The notes: a model not told the origin generated them from the letters alone. Positions 29,266-40,234 are shown, counted from the first letter of the stretch. The stretch: 64,000 bases of DNA from an uncultured Bacteroidales bacterium (GCA_964406315.1 CAYORG010000002.1:11286-75285), one strand, 5' to 3'. Numbers and translations: made by a program.

Positions 29266-30678
29266 TTATTTTGCCAATACTTCAAAATCATCAAAATAGA
29301 AGGTGCCGTCTTCCGTATGTCCTTCATCTCCAAACTGAATAACAATTTTATTATAATATTCAGACATTCTTTCTGCCGGAACCGAAATGCTGGTGAAATC
29401 AAATGTTAATTCTGTCCATGTATCCAGTAGCACATCCTCCTGAATTACTTCTGCCTGCGTTTGCCATGCATTGCCAGCCTCCTGCCATCTCTGGAATTTC
29501 ACAGCAGCTTTCTGTTTCAGGCCTTCTGCCGTGTAAGTATTCGATGAAGGAAAATACACTTTCATCCGAACCTTATCATGTGTATTTAAATCGATGGTAA
29601 AATCCAGTTCCATGGATGCATTTGAGTATTCCCATGCGCCTTTTTTGTATTCATAAACAGTGGCACTTACATTAATTCCTTCCTGGAACGGATTTGCAAA
29701 TTCATCATCTCCGCTTCCTCCTCCGCCTTCAGCCTGAAACAGCCACAGGATGTCGGCATCCGTTTCAAAATCATCGGTCAGCTGACTAACCGAAGTTGCA
29801 GGAGATAAATTTTCATTTACATTTGGGTCAACAGCATCAGGATGATCATAGCCTTCCGTCATAAAAAGGAACTGCCACAATACATTGTTTATGATCACGG
29901 ATAAAGTGAGTTCATTTTCTGTCAACTCTTCAATCTTGTATTCCGAAACGCCTAAATAATAACTCATAAATCCTCCGCCCGTAAAGCTCAGATAATCTCC
30001 ATCCGCACGTTCTTCAATTGCCCAGCTGAATGTTTCTTCGCTCACATCATAATATACAGGAGTATCTTCAGTACCCTCCACTCCAAACTCACCAAGGTAA
30101 TCGACATTAACATATGTGGTATCATTGTTTTCAAGCACAAATTCATAATTCACTGCTTTGAAGATCATCAGATCATCATACAAATTGAACGCTGCTTTTT
30201 CATCCGATGCAGCGCCCCACCACCATTGCCACGGGTCATACTGCCCTTTCATCATATGCTGAGGGACATACCGTGCCCAAACCCATGTTTTCCCATTTGC
30301 CGCGTCGGCACCTCCGCACAATAAGATTTCTTTTTCAGTAAGTTCAATCAATGACGGATCCGATTGCGTAATTACCACACTTTCGGTGGCAACCAACTCC
30401 CCCGATGAGGTAAATACAGACAAACTAACATTGTAGGTTCCTGCAAAAGGATAAGCAATTGTATCGATATCCTGATCGCTTGTTTTTCCGTTCCCGAAAT
30501 CCCAAGATGCAATACCTTCACCAATATGATTGTGAGAGAATATAACAATGTTGGGATTTAAAAAAGTAGTACTGATCTCCAGTGGCTGATCTCCCGAGCC
30601 ATTGTCATCTTTCTTGCAACCATATGCCAATACTATGGCAAAAATTGTCAAACCCGCAAAAATCTTGTTTTTTTTCAT
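29266..30678 (-). CDS. PKD-domain surface lipoprotein (SusE/F-position glycan-binding protein candidate)
   Basis: Lipobox AYGC, a PKD-like SWDFGNGKTS...GTYNVSLSV, and its position after SusD. Confidence 0.65.
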   Translation of the reverse strand: MKKNKIFAGLTIFAIVLAYGCKKDDNGSGDQPLEISTTFLNPNIVIFSHNHIGEGIASWDFGNGKTSDQDIDTIAYPFAGTYNVSLSVFTSSGELVATESVVITQSDPSLIELTEKEILLCGGADAANGKTWVWARYVPQHMMKGQYDPWQWWWGAASDEKAAFNLYDDLMIFKAVNYEFVLENNDTTYVNVDYLGEFGVEGTEDTPVYYDVSEETFSWAIEERADGDYLSFTGGGFMSYYLGVSEYKIEELTENELTLSVIINNVLWQFLFMTEGYDHPDAVDPNVNENLSPATSVSQLTDDFETDADILWLFQAEGGGGSGDDEFANPFQEGINVSATVYEYKKGAWEYSNASMELDFTIDLNTHDKVRMKVYFPSSNTYTAEGLKQKAAVKFQRWQEAGNAWQTQAEVIQEDVLLDTWTELTFDFTSISVPAERMSEYYNKIVIQFGDEGHTEDGTFYFDDFEVLAK

Positions 30679-30702
30679 AATAGTATACGTTTATATTTTT
30701 CA

Positions 30703-32295
30703 CTAATTGTATCCTTCATTCTGATTCAGGGAGAAATTGCTTATCTGTATTTCCTGCGCAGGAATCGGAAGCAATCCCCCGGTTACTGTATTAAACTCTA
30801 TATAAAACGGATATTCACTGTCTGTATCGCTCAGTTCATCATCCGCAAAATCCATACCTCTCCTGAGAACATCCCAGTAACGATGTCCTTCCCCTGTAAG
30901 TTCAAGTCTTCTTTCAAGATAAATATATTCCAGTCCGCTGTTATCAGCTGTTAAAACAGGAGGAATATGTCCTGTGCCGAATGCTCTCAGCCTCACCCTG
31001 TTATAGTATTCCTGTGCTTTGGGTACATTGCCGTTCAGCAGTTGCAGTTCAGCGCCCATAAGCAAAACATCGGCAAAACGGATCACGGGATAATTGTTTG
31101 GATAAAGTAATTCCCTGTCGCCAACCGTGGCATTGTGTTCTTTTAACGCTGTAAATTTTTTGTTGTAATACCCGGTATGCTGAAAACCTTCAACATAGGT
31201 AACACCCTCCAGATCAAGAGAATCAGCAAATATGACCGAAGCCGTCAGCCTTTTATCACCCGGGTCGAATGCCGAGACCAGTTCGGGAGTGACCGTGGCA
31301 AAACTCCAGCCGGGGGCATAAATTGAGTTATCGGACACATCACGAATGCCGTATAATATGACAGCCTGATTGCCTTCTGTACCTATACGCCACCCCCAGT
31401 CTCCACCCTGATAATCGCCATACTGAATTTCAAAGACGGATTCAATGTTGTTCTCATTACTAACCAGGAAAAGGTCAGCAAAATTGGTTTCCAGATCATA
31501 AAACCCGCTTTCAATGATATCATCGGCAAGATCAACCGTATAGGAAAGATTGATTAACGTTCCGTTTTCGGTTTGCATTTCGGGTTTTTCCGAATAATAT
31601 CCTGAATAAAAAAGGTATACTTTTACCAATTCTGCTTCCGCAGCAAATTTAGTTATCCGCCCTTTTTCTTCATCAGGAACAGATTCAGGCAACACCATCA
31701 TGGCATTTTCAAGATCGGATGCAATCTGACTGAATACAGTTTCAGGCTCTGCCTGGGGTTGTGTATTCTCACTTGGCTTCAAAACACGAAGGATAAGCGG
31801 AACATTGCCGAATAAACGAACCAGATCAAAATAATAATATGCCCTGAGGAAACTGACTTCTGCTATCATACGTTCTTTTAATCCTTCGGTCTCAAATTCA
31901 ATTTCATCAATTTTTTCAAGCAGTAAGTTGCACCTGTAGATCCCAAAATAATTCCTGTTCCACATGCCCTGCAATTCCCCGGTATTAGGATCTGCTTCGA
32001 AAAAGTCCATTTTCACTAAATTGGGAACATCGTTTGCATTTGCTCCTCCGGCATACGCATCATCAGACAGGATATCGGAAATGGTCTCAAAAGGATGATT
32101 CCCTATCATAGCTCCCCAGCCCAAAGGATCGTAAGCCGAAACAAGCGCCTGCATTGCATCTGCTTCTGTCTGGTAAAAATTTGTTTCCAGGCGATCACTC
32201 AATGGTTCTCTGTCCAGAAAATCCTCGCACGAAGAAAACAGGGCAATTATTCCGATAAAAAGGATACAGACTTTCAAATTTTGCGTCTTCATCAT
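30703..32295 (-). CDS. SusD/RagB family nutrient-binding outer membrane lipoprotein
   Basis: Lipobox FSSC, TPR-like SusD N-terminal pattern (YQTEADAMQALVSAY), and its position directly after SusC. Confidence 0.9.
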   Translation of the reverse strand: MMKTQNLKVCILFIGIIALFSSCEDFLDREPLSDRLETNFYQTEADAMQALVSAYDPLGWGAMIGNHPFETISDILSDDAYAGGANANDVPNLVKMDFFEADPNTGELQGMWNRNYFGIYRCNLLLEKIDEIEFETEGLKERMIAEVSFLRAYYYFDLVRLFGNVPLILRVLKPSENTQPQAEPETVFSQIASDLENAMMVLPESVPDEEKGRITKFAAEAELVKVYLFYSGYYSEKPEMQTENGTLINLSYTVDLADDIIESGFYDLETNFADLFLVSNENNIESVFEIQYGDYQGGDWGWRIGTEGNQAVILYGIRDVSDNSIYAPGWSFATVTPELVSAFDPGDKRLTASVIFADSLDLEGVTYVEGFQHTGYYNKKFTALKEHNATVGDRELLYPNNYPVIRFADVLLMGAELQLLNGNVPKAQEYYNRVRLRAFGTGHIPPVLTADNSGLEYIYLERRLELTGEGHRYWDVLRRGMDFADDELSDTDSEYPFYIEFNTVTGGLLPIPAQEIQISNFSLNQNEGYN

Positions 32296-32303
32296 TGCCT
32301 TCT

Positions 32304-35300
32304 TTAAAAATTAATATTTGCTCCCACCATTACTGTCCATGCCTGTGGATAAACTCCCCTGTCAATCCCAACATCAAGCGGGTTGCTTCTAACATTGTCT
32401 TCTCTTGGCTTTGCTCCCACTTCCGGATCAAATCCCTTGTATTTGGTGAATGTCAGTATATTCTGGGCTGCAAACCAGATCCTGGCTTTTTTCACAATAA
32501 GCACCTTTCCGAACTGAATTGGAAAACTGTAACCCAACTGGATATTTTTCAGCCTCAAGTAGGATGCATCATACACAAAATAATCAGATGGTTTTGACAG
32601 GTTGCCATTCTGATCATTTAAAGTCACCCTGGGATAATCATCGGTTGATCCTTCTCCCAGCCACCGGTTCCACATTTCCGAATCATAATTTGCCATATTC
32701 AGATCATTTCTTCTTACCCCATAAAACAATTGATGCCCGAAAGCTCCCTGGAAGAAAATGTTCAGGTCAAATCGTTTGTACTCTGCTCCAAGATTAAGGC
32801 CCATGAAAACATCAGGATTCGGATTTCCGATCATTACCCGGTCTTCATCTGTTATCTGTCCGTCGCCATTATTGTCTCTGAACTTAAAATCACCCGGACG
32901 GGCAAGCGGTTGTATCAGGTTCCCGTCTACATTGTAAGCGTTGATCTCTTCATAGTTTTGAAATACTCCTTCAACCTCATATCCCCAGAAATACGCTATC
33001 GGGTATCCCTCCTCTGCCCTGCAAACATCAGTCATGGTAGTTCCTACTCCTGCACCATGTATGATCCCTTCAGCATTGCCTATATAAGTGACTTTGTTTT
33101 TGTTGTATGACATATTGTAGCTGATGTTATAATTGAAATCGCCTGCATGATTCTTATACCCCAGTTCCAGTTCAACACCTCTGTTTACTACATCGCCGGC
33201 ATTCACTGTAGGAGGATAATTCCCAATATACCCGGGAATAGGAGCCTCAACGAGTAGTCCTTTTGTTTTCTTGTTGTACCAGTCGAATGTGAAGCTGAGT
33301 TTGTTCTTAAAAAAACGAAAATCGATACCTGCATTGATTTGTTCTGAAGTTTCCCACTTGATCTCAGGATTATCAATATTTGCCGGTTGGGCTCCGTTTA
33401 CCAGTACTGACGGCTCGCCCCAATAGTAATTGCTGTTTGAAACGATTAAGGAAGTGTATTTGTAATCACCAATTTCCTGGTTGCCATTTTGACCCCAGCT
33501 CACTCTCAGTTTTGTAAAATTGATAAACTCTGCCGATGGAAAGAAAAAATTTTCTTCACTCAGTACCCACCCCACTGAAACGGAAGGGAACAATGCAAAA
33601 CGATTTTCGGGTCCAAACTTTGATGAACCATCGAGTCGTAAAGTTCCTGTAAATAAATATGTATTAGCAAAGGAATAATGTACCTGACCAAAATATGACA
33701 TCAGCGCTGAATGCCAGGCACCTCCTCCGGCTCTTTCAGAATCAGGATTTTTTGCCATATCGATGTATGCCTGACCGGGATTGTTGGTTAACAATCCTTC
33801 TTTGCTGCCACTGAGATTCTCTCCTTTATGTTCCATCATACTCATACCTGCCAATGCGGTAATAGTATGTTCGTTAAAACTTTTGAAGTAAGAGATAATG
33901 TTTTCCCAATTCCATGTATAATACCTGTTCATTCTTTTCCCAACGCTGCTAATTTCATTTCTTACAGAAGAATTTAAACGGTATTCAGGCTGGTAGTTAT
34001 CATCAACATCATATGCAAAGTCAACACCAAGACCCGATTTCAGTTTGAAATCTTTAAACAGTTCCAGCTCACCATAAACATTGCCGATGATCTTGTCAAT
34101 TTTATACTTTCCATAAATGATGTCAAGTTGTGCAACCGGATTGACTACTTCCTGGGCAATATAGGGAGATTCACCCCAGGAGCCATCTTCATTCTTAACA
34201 GGCGTTACGGGATCAATATTCAGGGCACTTGAAAGAGGCTGCCCAAATTCAAGGTTTGGCTCTATTCCTCTTTTTTTTATTTGGGAGTAATAGATCCGGG
34301 CACCATAAGAAAATTTCCCATAACTCTGATCTGTATTTAAGCGAAAGGAATAGCGTTCAAAATTTGACTTGCCTTCACCAACAATACCATCCTGGTTAAA
34401 ATAAGAAAAAGATGATGAATAGGTAGCCTGATCACTGCCACCTGAAACGGTCAGCGAATGTTCCTGGATCGGAGCATTCCTGTAAAATATTTCCTCCTGC
34501 CAGTCGGTTCCCATACCCAGTGAATCCGGGTCATCAAATATTCTTGGTCTTCCTGCATTGTTGGCTGCCTCATTCATTAATATCCCATAATCCTTAGCAT
34601 TTAACAGATCAAGTTTTTTGATCGGGTTTTGAATACCATAATACATATTGTAGCTAACCTGCATTTTCCCTTTCTGCCCGCTTTTTGTCTGAATCAGGAC
34701 CACTCCGTTTGCACCCCTTGCTCCGTAAATGCTTGCAGAGGCTGCATCTTTCAGAATTTCAATTGATTCAATGTCAGAAGGATTCAGATAATCAATACTA
34801 CCCGTTTGAAATCCATCAACAATATATAAAGGATCAGGATTCCCGGTAGTCCCTGTTCCTCTCACCCTCACTGTCAAAGGTTCACCGGGCTGACCCGATG
34901 AGGAAGTAACCTGTACTCCGGCAACTTTTCCCTGCAATGCTTGCTCAACACGCAGATTAGATGTCTTCTCAATATCCTCACTCTTCACAGATGCAATGGC
35001 TCCTGTCACAACACTTTTTTTCTGGTACCCATAGCCAATTAATACAAGCTCATCCAATTCTATTGATAAAGTTTTTAACGAAATATTCAGCGAGCTTTCC
35101 CCATTAAATACCAATTTCTTTTCTTCCATGCCCACGAATGAAAAGAACAGGCTATCGCCCACAGAAGCAACAATTGAATAATGTCCATCCAAATCTGTCA
35201 CCGTACCCTGAGTTGTGGATTTATTGTAAATATTAACACCAGGCAGAGATGTACCATCTGCCTCTGACGTTATTGTCCCTTCTACAGTCTGCTGCCCGAT

Positions 35301-35351
35301 TATTTGGCCCGCCAACATCATTGCCGTTATAAAGAACAGTATCCTTTTCAT
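32304..35351 (-). CDS. SusC/RagA family TonB-dependent outer membrane transporter
   Basis: Carboxypeptidase-regulatory-like N-terminus (GTITSEADGTSLPGVNI), a plug (IYGARGANGVVLIQTK) and a C-terminal ...GANINF. 1015 aa. Confidence 0.95.
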   Translation of the reverse strand: MKRILFFITAMMLAGQIIGQQTVEGTITSEADGTSLPGVNIYNKSTTQGTVTDLDGHYSIVASVGDSLFFSFVGMEEKKLVFNGESSLNISLKTLSIELDELVLIGYGYQKKSVVTGAIASVKSEDIEKTSNLRVEQALQGKVAGVQVTSSSGQPGEPLTVRVRGTGTTGNPDPLYIVDGFQTGSIDYLNPSDIESIEILKDAASASIYGARGANGVVLIQTKSGQKGKMQVSYNMYYGIQNPIKKLDLLNAKDYGILMNEAANNAGRPRIFDDPDSLGMGTDWQEEIFYRNAPIQEHSLTVSGGSDQATYSSSFSYFNQDGIVGEGKSNFERYSFRLNTDQSYGKFSYGARIYYSQIKKRGIEPNLEFGQPLSSALNIDPVTPVKNEDGSWGESPYIAQEVVNPVAQLDIIYGKYKIDKIIGNVYGELELFKDFKLKSGLGVDFAYDVDDNYQPEYRLNSSVRNEISSVGKRMNRYYTWNWENIISYFKSFNEHTITALAGMSMMEHKGENLSGSKEGLLTNNPGQAYIDMAKNPDSERAGGGAWHSALMSYFGQVHYSFANTYLFTGTLRLDGSSKFGPENRFALFPSVSVGWVLSEENFFFPSAEFINFTKLRVSWGQNGNQEIGDYKYTSLIVSNSNYYWGEPSVLVNGAQPANIDNPEIKWETSEQINAGIDFRFFKNKLSFTFDWYNKKTKGLLVEAPIPGYIGNYPPTVNAGDVVNRGVELELGYKNHAGDFNYNISYNMSYNKNKVTYIGNAEGIIHGAGVGTTMTDVCRAEEGYPIAYFWGYEVEGVFQNYEEINAYNVDGNLIQPLARPGDFKFRDNNGDGQITDEDRVMIGNPNPDVFMGLNLGAEYKRFDLNIFFQGAFGHQLFYGVRRNDLNMANYDSEMWNRWLGEGSTDDYPRVTLNDQNGNLSKPSDYFVYDASYLRLKNIQLGYSFPIQFGKVLIVKKARIWFAAQNILTFTKYKGFDPEVGAKPREDNVRSNPLDVGIDRGVYPQAWTVMVGANINF

Positions 35352-35652
35352 AATAAAGTATTTTATCAGGTATTACTAATGATGAGGGGATTGCAATGTA
35401 CGTATGAAAATAAATTTATACAAGAAAAACACCTCATCAAAACATCAACATGAGAATTTTAACACCTATACAAATACACAACAAAAAAACAATAAAAAGT
35501 TTTTAAGAAGCTTTTGTTCAATAGAATAAATAAATTTGTATTTCATACTTTTGTGAACACTTCACACATCATTCTTTTCTAATGATTATATCATGTCATA
35601 CTATTAAGTTACTAAATTTATCAGACATTATGAAACTGATCTATTGAATTTG

Positions 35653-38544
35653 ATGCCAGTAAACCGAATAAAATATATCCTGATCATTATCATCGCTTGT
35701 ATCTCTCTTCATAAGGCTTTTGCTTCAATTATCGGGGTGCCAAACATCAAAAACCATCTTAAGGAAGAATACAAAGCTGGCAATCAGAACTGGGCCATTG
35801 AGCAGGACGCATTGGGTGTGATGTATTTTGCCAACAACAACGGAGTATTAATCTATGATGGCACCAATTGGGTAAATGTCCCCGTGCCAAACAACTCAGT
35901 TGTTCGCTGTTTGAAATTTAATGCTGAAAATAAATTGCTTGTTGGTGCTTTCAATGAAATTGGTACAATTGAAAGGGATTCATTGGGAGAATATAAATAT
36001 ACTTCCTGGGTTTTTAAGATCCCCCGGAAAGAACGTCAGTTTGCCGATATCTGGAAAATTCACACTTACGGTAAAAAAATGTATTTCCAGTCCTATTCTT
36101 ATGTTTTCATTTTTGATGAAAATGAAAATCTTGTGAGTACATACAAATCTGATAACAGACTGGCCTTTTCATTCCTGGTTAAAGACAAAATTATTGTACA
36201 GGATAAATTGGCAGGATTGCTCGAAATCAAAAATCTGGAATTCATTTCTCTTGATAACATTGGAATCCCTGAGGGATTGGAAATCTGGGAAATCATTGCC
36301 GGAGAGCATGGTGAATGGCTTTTATTTACACAGCAGAAGGGCATTTTTATTTGGGATGATAAGGGATTCATGCCCTGGAATTCAGAATTAAACAACTACC
36401 TGAAGAAAAACGATTTTTATTGTCTTACAGAAGGTAACGATTTGCTATATGTCGGAACAATTCAAAAAGGATTGATCATTGCAGATAAAACAGGAAATAT
36501 CCTCAAAGTGATTGACAGAAACAGCGGACTTCAAAATAATACCATTCTCTCCTCCATGATAGATAAAGAAAAAAACCTCTGGCTGGGATTAGACAATGGC
36601 ATTGATTTCATCGAACTGAATTCAAATGTTCAATACATCGGACGTAATGGGAGTTATGGCTCAGGATACTGTTCGGCTATATGGGAAAATAATATCTATC
36701 TGGGAACAAATCAGGGAGTATTTAAAACCTCAACTCACACACAAGATAATGTTGAACTGCTAAATAACTTGAAGGGACAGGTTTGGGGTTTCTGGAAGGA
36801 TGAAGATCAATTGCTCTGCGCCCACCATAAAGGCATTTATTCAATACGGGAGAACAGAGTACAGGAAATCAAGTTATTGCTGGGATGCTGGATATTTATG
36901 CCTTTGCCCTGGGATCCAAATACCCTGGTCGTTGGAACCTATAATGGCATCGGATTGCTTAAAAAAACAGGGAATGATTATCATTTTGAAAAAATGATTG
37001 AGGGTTTTAGTGAATCATCAAGGGTAATGTTTTTTGACAAAGCAGAAAATCTTTGGATAAGTCACGGATACAAAGGATTATTTAAAATAAAGCTGAACAA
37101 AACAAATCCTGATATCGAATCGGTAGATTTTTATGGAACCGAAAAAGGATTGCCCTCGCTTTCAAACAATGAAATCTTCTATATCAGAGATGAAATGATT
37201 ATCAGCACAATCGACGGAATGTATCAGTACGATGAAAAAACAGACAGTATTATTCCATATGCACTGTGGAATTACTTCCTGGGAAGTCCTGACAGAGTTA
37301 CAAAAATGTTTGAGTTGAACAAGAATAATATATACATCTTTCAGAAGGGAATTCTCGGAAAACTGGAAATTTTAAATGATTCGCTTTTTATGTACAACAG
37401 GCAAATAGTACCTTTCCTGGAAAACCAGTTTATCGAAGCATTTGAAAACATACTTTTCATTAATGAAAATACACTTCTGGTAGGGATAGAGGACGGATTT
37501 ACCATGATTGACCTGAATAAAGAACAAAAGCATGAATTTAATCTGCCATTCCTCTTTACTCGCTTGGAATGCTTCGCTTCTCATAAATTTGAGGATTATT
37601 TTGAGCCTCTTTTATTTGACACGTATTCCGAACCAATTAATATCACTGAAAAAATCACTTATAAGTATAACAATATTCGTGTCGGTTTTTCTGTCCCTTT
37701 GTATAATACAGCAAAAAATATTTTATTTAGTTTTGATTTGAATGAAACACACTGGGAAGGACAACCAAATCAAAAGGAGCTAATTCTGACAAATTTACAT
37801 GAAGGAAGATACACCTTAAAAATAAATCTTTTTGATACAAAGACCGGACAAAAGTTAACACGTTCCATCCTGTTTGTTATATATCCTCCATGGTACAGAC
37901 AATGGTATTTTTATGCACTTGCCGGAATTGTATTTCTTTCGATTGCCCTGATGAGTTATTTGATCATTAAACGAAGAATTGACAGGGAAAGAAGAAGAGA
38001 ATTAATTGCACAGAAAAGAAAAATGATACAACGTGAGATTAGCCTGAAACAAAAAAGTGCTCTTGCTGAAAAAGAATTAATTAAAATGAGAAATGAGAAA
38101 TTGCAAACGGAAGTAATTCACAAAAGCAAAGAGCTTGCCAATTCTACAATGAATATTATTCATAAAAATCAAACCCTTACTGATTTGAAGAATGAAATGA
38201 TGGAAATGTCTGATAATCAATCAGGAATTGATACATCAGAAATTAAATCCCTTATCAAGAAAATAGACATTGAACTGGAAGACAAACAAAACTGGAGTGT
38301 ATTTGAAACTCATTTTGATCGTGTTCATGAAAATTTTTTCCAGCGTTTGCGCGAAAAACATGAAGAGCTTTCTCCAAAAGATCTGCGAATGTGTGCATTT
38401 TTAAAAATGAATTTGTCTTCAAAAGAAATTGCCCCTCTGCAAAATATATCCATCCGAAGTGTTGAGATCAGCCGCTACAGATTGCGCAGAAAACTTAAAA
38501 TACCTCATGAACAAAATCTGACGGATTATATCATGAATATTTGA
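35653..38544 (+). CDS. One-component transmembrane sensor-regulator: periplasmic beta-propeller repeats plus Y_Y_Y, a TM helix, a coiled coil and a LuxR-type HTH
   Basis: Repeated propeller-like blocks, a TM segment WYFYALAGIVFLSIALMSYLII, and a C-terminal LSPKDLRMCAFLKMNLSSKEIAPLQNISIRSVEISRYRLRRKL. I saw no kinase or receiver motifs. The ORF track begins at a TTG at 35644. The ATG at 35653 looks more likely. Confidence 0.8.
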   Translation: MPVNRIKYILIIIIACISLHKAFASIIGVPNIKNHLKEEYKAGNQNWAIEQDALGVMYFANNNGVLIYDGTNWVNVPVPNNSVVRCLKFNAENKLLVGAFNEIGTIERDSLGEYKYTSWVFKIPRKERQFADIWKIHTYGKKMYFQSYSYVFIFDENENLVSTYKSDNRLAFSFLVKDKIIVQDKLAGLLEIKNLEFISLDNIGIPEGLEIWEIIAGEHGEWLLFTQQKGIFIWDDKGFMPWNSELNNYLKKNDFYCLTEGNDLLYVGTIQKGLIIADKTGNILKVIDRNSGLQNNTILSSMIDKEKNLWLGLDNGIDFIELNSNVQYIGRNGSYGSGYCSAIWENNIYLGTNQGVFKTSTHTQDNVELLNNLKGQVWGFWKDEDQLLCAHHKGIYSIRENRVQEIKLLLGCWIFMPLPWDPNTLVVGTYNGIGLLKKTGNDYHFEKMIEGFSESSRVMFFDKAENLWISHGYKGLFKIKLNKTNPDIESVDFYGTEKGLPSLSNNEIFYIRDEMIISTIDGMYQYDEKTDSIIPYALWNYFLGSPDRVTKMFELNKNNIYIFQKGILGKLEILNDSLFMYNRQIVPFLENQFIEAFENILFINENTLLVGIEDGFTMIDLNKEQKHEFNLPFLFTRLECFASHKFEDYFEPLLFDTYSEPINITEKITYKYNNIRVGFSVPLYNTAKNILFSFDLNETHWEGQPNQKELILTNLHEGRYTLKINLFDTKTGQKLTRSILFVIYPPWYRQWYFYALAGIVFLSIALMSYLIIKRRIDRERRRELIAQKRKMIQREISLKQKSALAEKELIKMRNEKLQTEVIHKSKELANSTMNIIHKNQTLTDLKNEMMEMSDNQSGIDTSEIKSLIKKIDIELEDKQNWSVFETHFDRVHENFFQRLREKHEELSPKDLRMCAFLKMNLSSKEIAPLQNISIRSVEISRYRLRRKLKIPHEQNLTDYIMNI

Positions 38545-38549
38545 TTCTT

Positions 38550-39074
38550 TTAATTCTGCCGACCGTATTTTAACCAGATTGAATGTTCCTTAAGAAATAC
38601 TCCGTTTATATTTTTACCCGGAGCAATCATCAACATGGTATCTCCCAGAATTTTACAATATCTTTTTTCGTAACTCTCTGATAAATTTGGATTTAAAGCC
38701 GAATATATTTGAATCCCAACAGTATCTCTGAACAACTTGTATTTACCGAAAAGTGCATATCCTGATAAAAAAGCTATACGAATTTCAGCATTACTGCAAA
38801 AAAAAGGGTCATTAAAACGCATTTTTGGACGGGTTGCATCGTAATACTGAATTGAAAAATTATTTTCATTATCAAAATATGCAAAACCTTTTACTTTTTT
38901 ATCAAAGGGATATTGAAAACGCCCTTCAGAATCTTCACCTTTTAAAGAAACCAGATTCCACGATCCGACAATTTTAGGAGCGATCTCAATTTTTCTGGGA
39001 GCCTTTTTAAAAGGATATTCAATGCAGGAAACGAATAGTATTGAAGCCAGGAAATAAAAAATAATGTATCGCAT
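38550..39074 (-). CDS. Hypothetical lipocalin-like protein
   Basis: Signal/lipobox-like N-terminus (LFVSC) and GSWNLVSLKGEDSEG...GFAYFDNENNFSIQY, which resembles lipocalin-like domain proteins. Confidence 0.45.
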   Translation of the reverse strand: MRYIIFYFLASILFVSCIEYPFKKAPRKIEIAPKIVGSWNLVSLKGEDSEGRFQYPFDKKVKGFAYFDNENNFSIQYYDATRPKMRFNDPFFCSNAEIRIAFLSGYALFGKYKLFRDTVGIQIYSALNPNLSESYEKRYCKILGDTMLMIAPGKNINGVFLKEHSIWLKYGRQN

Positions 39075-39169
39075 ATTGATTTGGGTTTGTAGTTTGCATC
39101 TCTAAATTACAAAAAAAACATACAACCTGAATGAGGAAAGTTATTCATCAGAGTTTCCGGGTTTTGAGT

Positions 39170-40234
39170 TTAAAACTTGATTTCCAACTGTTGTGCTTCA
39201 TATTCTTCAGAGTTATCAAAATTTGAAAGGGTAAGTCCCAACAACCTTACTCCTTTGTTTTTATAATCTATTGCCAGTGCAAGATCTAAAGCTACTTTAT
39301 GAATGGATTCCCTCGTATATGCATCATGCTGACTTTTGCTGCGTGTAATTTGTTCAAAGTCTTCAAATTTTACCTTAAGAGTTAAGGTCCGACCCCTGGC
39401 TTCACTTTTTTCCATACGTCTTATCAATTCACTTTCGATATTTTTTAACTCATACAAAATTTCCTGCAAACTAACCAGGTCCTGATCATACGTTTGTTCA
39501 GTTCCGACAGATTTACGAATACGATTTGGGTCAACAGGACGTTCATCAATTGCCCGACTAATGTTATAGTAAAAATTACCAGCCTTACCAAACAACTCGA
39601 CTAATTTCTCAAGTGGAAATGCTTTCAAATCTTTTCCGGTCAAAATGCCCAGTTTACGCATTTTCTCAGCAGTAACCCTACCAATTCCAAAAAATTTCTC
39701 CACAGGTAACTTCTCAACAAAACTTTCTGCTTCGTGTGGTTTAATGACGAACAATCCATCGGGTTTCTTATAATCAGAAGCTATTTTGGCAAGAAACTTA
39801 TTTATCGATACTCCTGCTGATGCCGTCAAATCCGTTTCCTTTTTGATTTTTATCTTTATCTCATGGGCAATTTCCGTTGCAATACTTATATTTTTTTTGT
39901 TTTCGGTCACATCAAGAAAAGCTTCATCAAGTGAAAGAGGTTCAACAAGATCAGTATACTGGAAAAATATTTCCCTGATTTCTGAAGAAACCTGTTTGTA
40001 AACCTGAAATCGGGGTTTTACAAAAACAATTTCCGGACATTTCATTTTGGCAGTTGCAGATGGCATAGCCGAATGAACGCCATATTTTCTTGCTTCATAA
40101 TTTGCCGCAGCCACAACACCCCTTGCACGCTCACCTCCCACTGCAACCGGTTTACCTCTGAGTTCCGGGTTATCGCGTTGTTCAATTGATGCATAAAAGG
40201 CATCCATATCAATATGAATGATCTTGCGATTCAA
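39170..40234 (-). CDS. dinB: DNA polymerase IV
   Basis: IIHIDMDAFYASIEQRDNPELRGKPVAVGG and the SLDEAFLDV motif. The TTG at 40234 gives the canonical MNRKIIHIDMD N-terminus. The ORF-track ATG at 40285 would overlap the divergent gene's start. Confidence 0.9.
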   Translation of the reverse strand: MNRKIIHIDMDAFYASIEQRDNPELRGKPVAVGGERARGVVAAANYEARKYGVHSAMPSATAKMKCPEIVFVKPRFQVYKQVSSEIREIFFQYTDLVEPLSLDEAFLDVTENKKNISIATEIAHEIKIKIKKETDLTASAGVSINKFLAKIASDYKKPDGLFVIKPHEAESFVEKLPVEKFFGIGRVTAEKMRKLGILTGKDLKAFPLEKLVELFGKAGNFYYNISRAIDERPVDPNRIRKSVGTEQTYDQDLVSLQEILYELKNIESELIRRMEKSEARGRTLTLKVKFEDFEQITRSKSQHDAYTRESIHKVALDLALAIDYKNKGVRLLGLTLSNFDNSEEYEAQQLEIKF

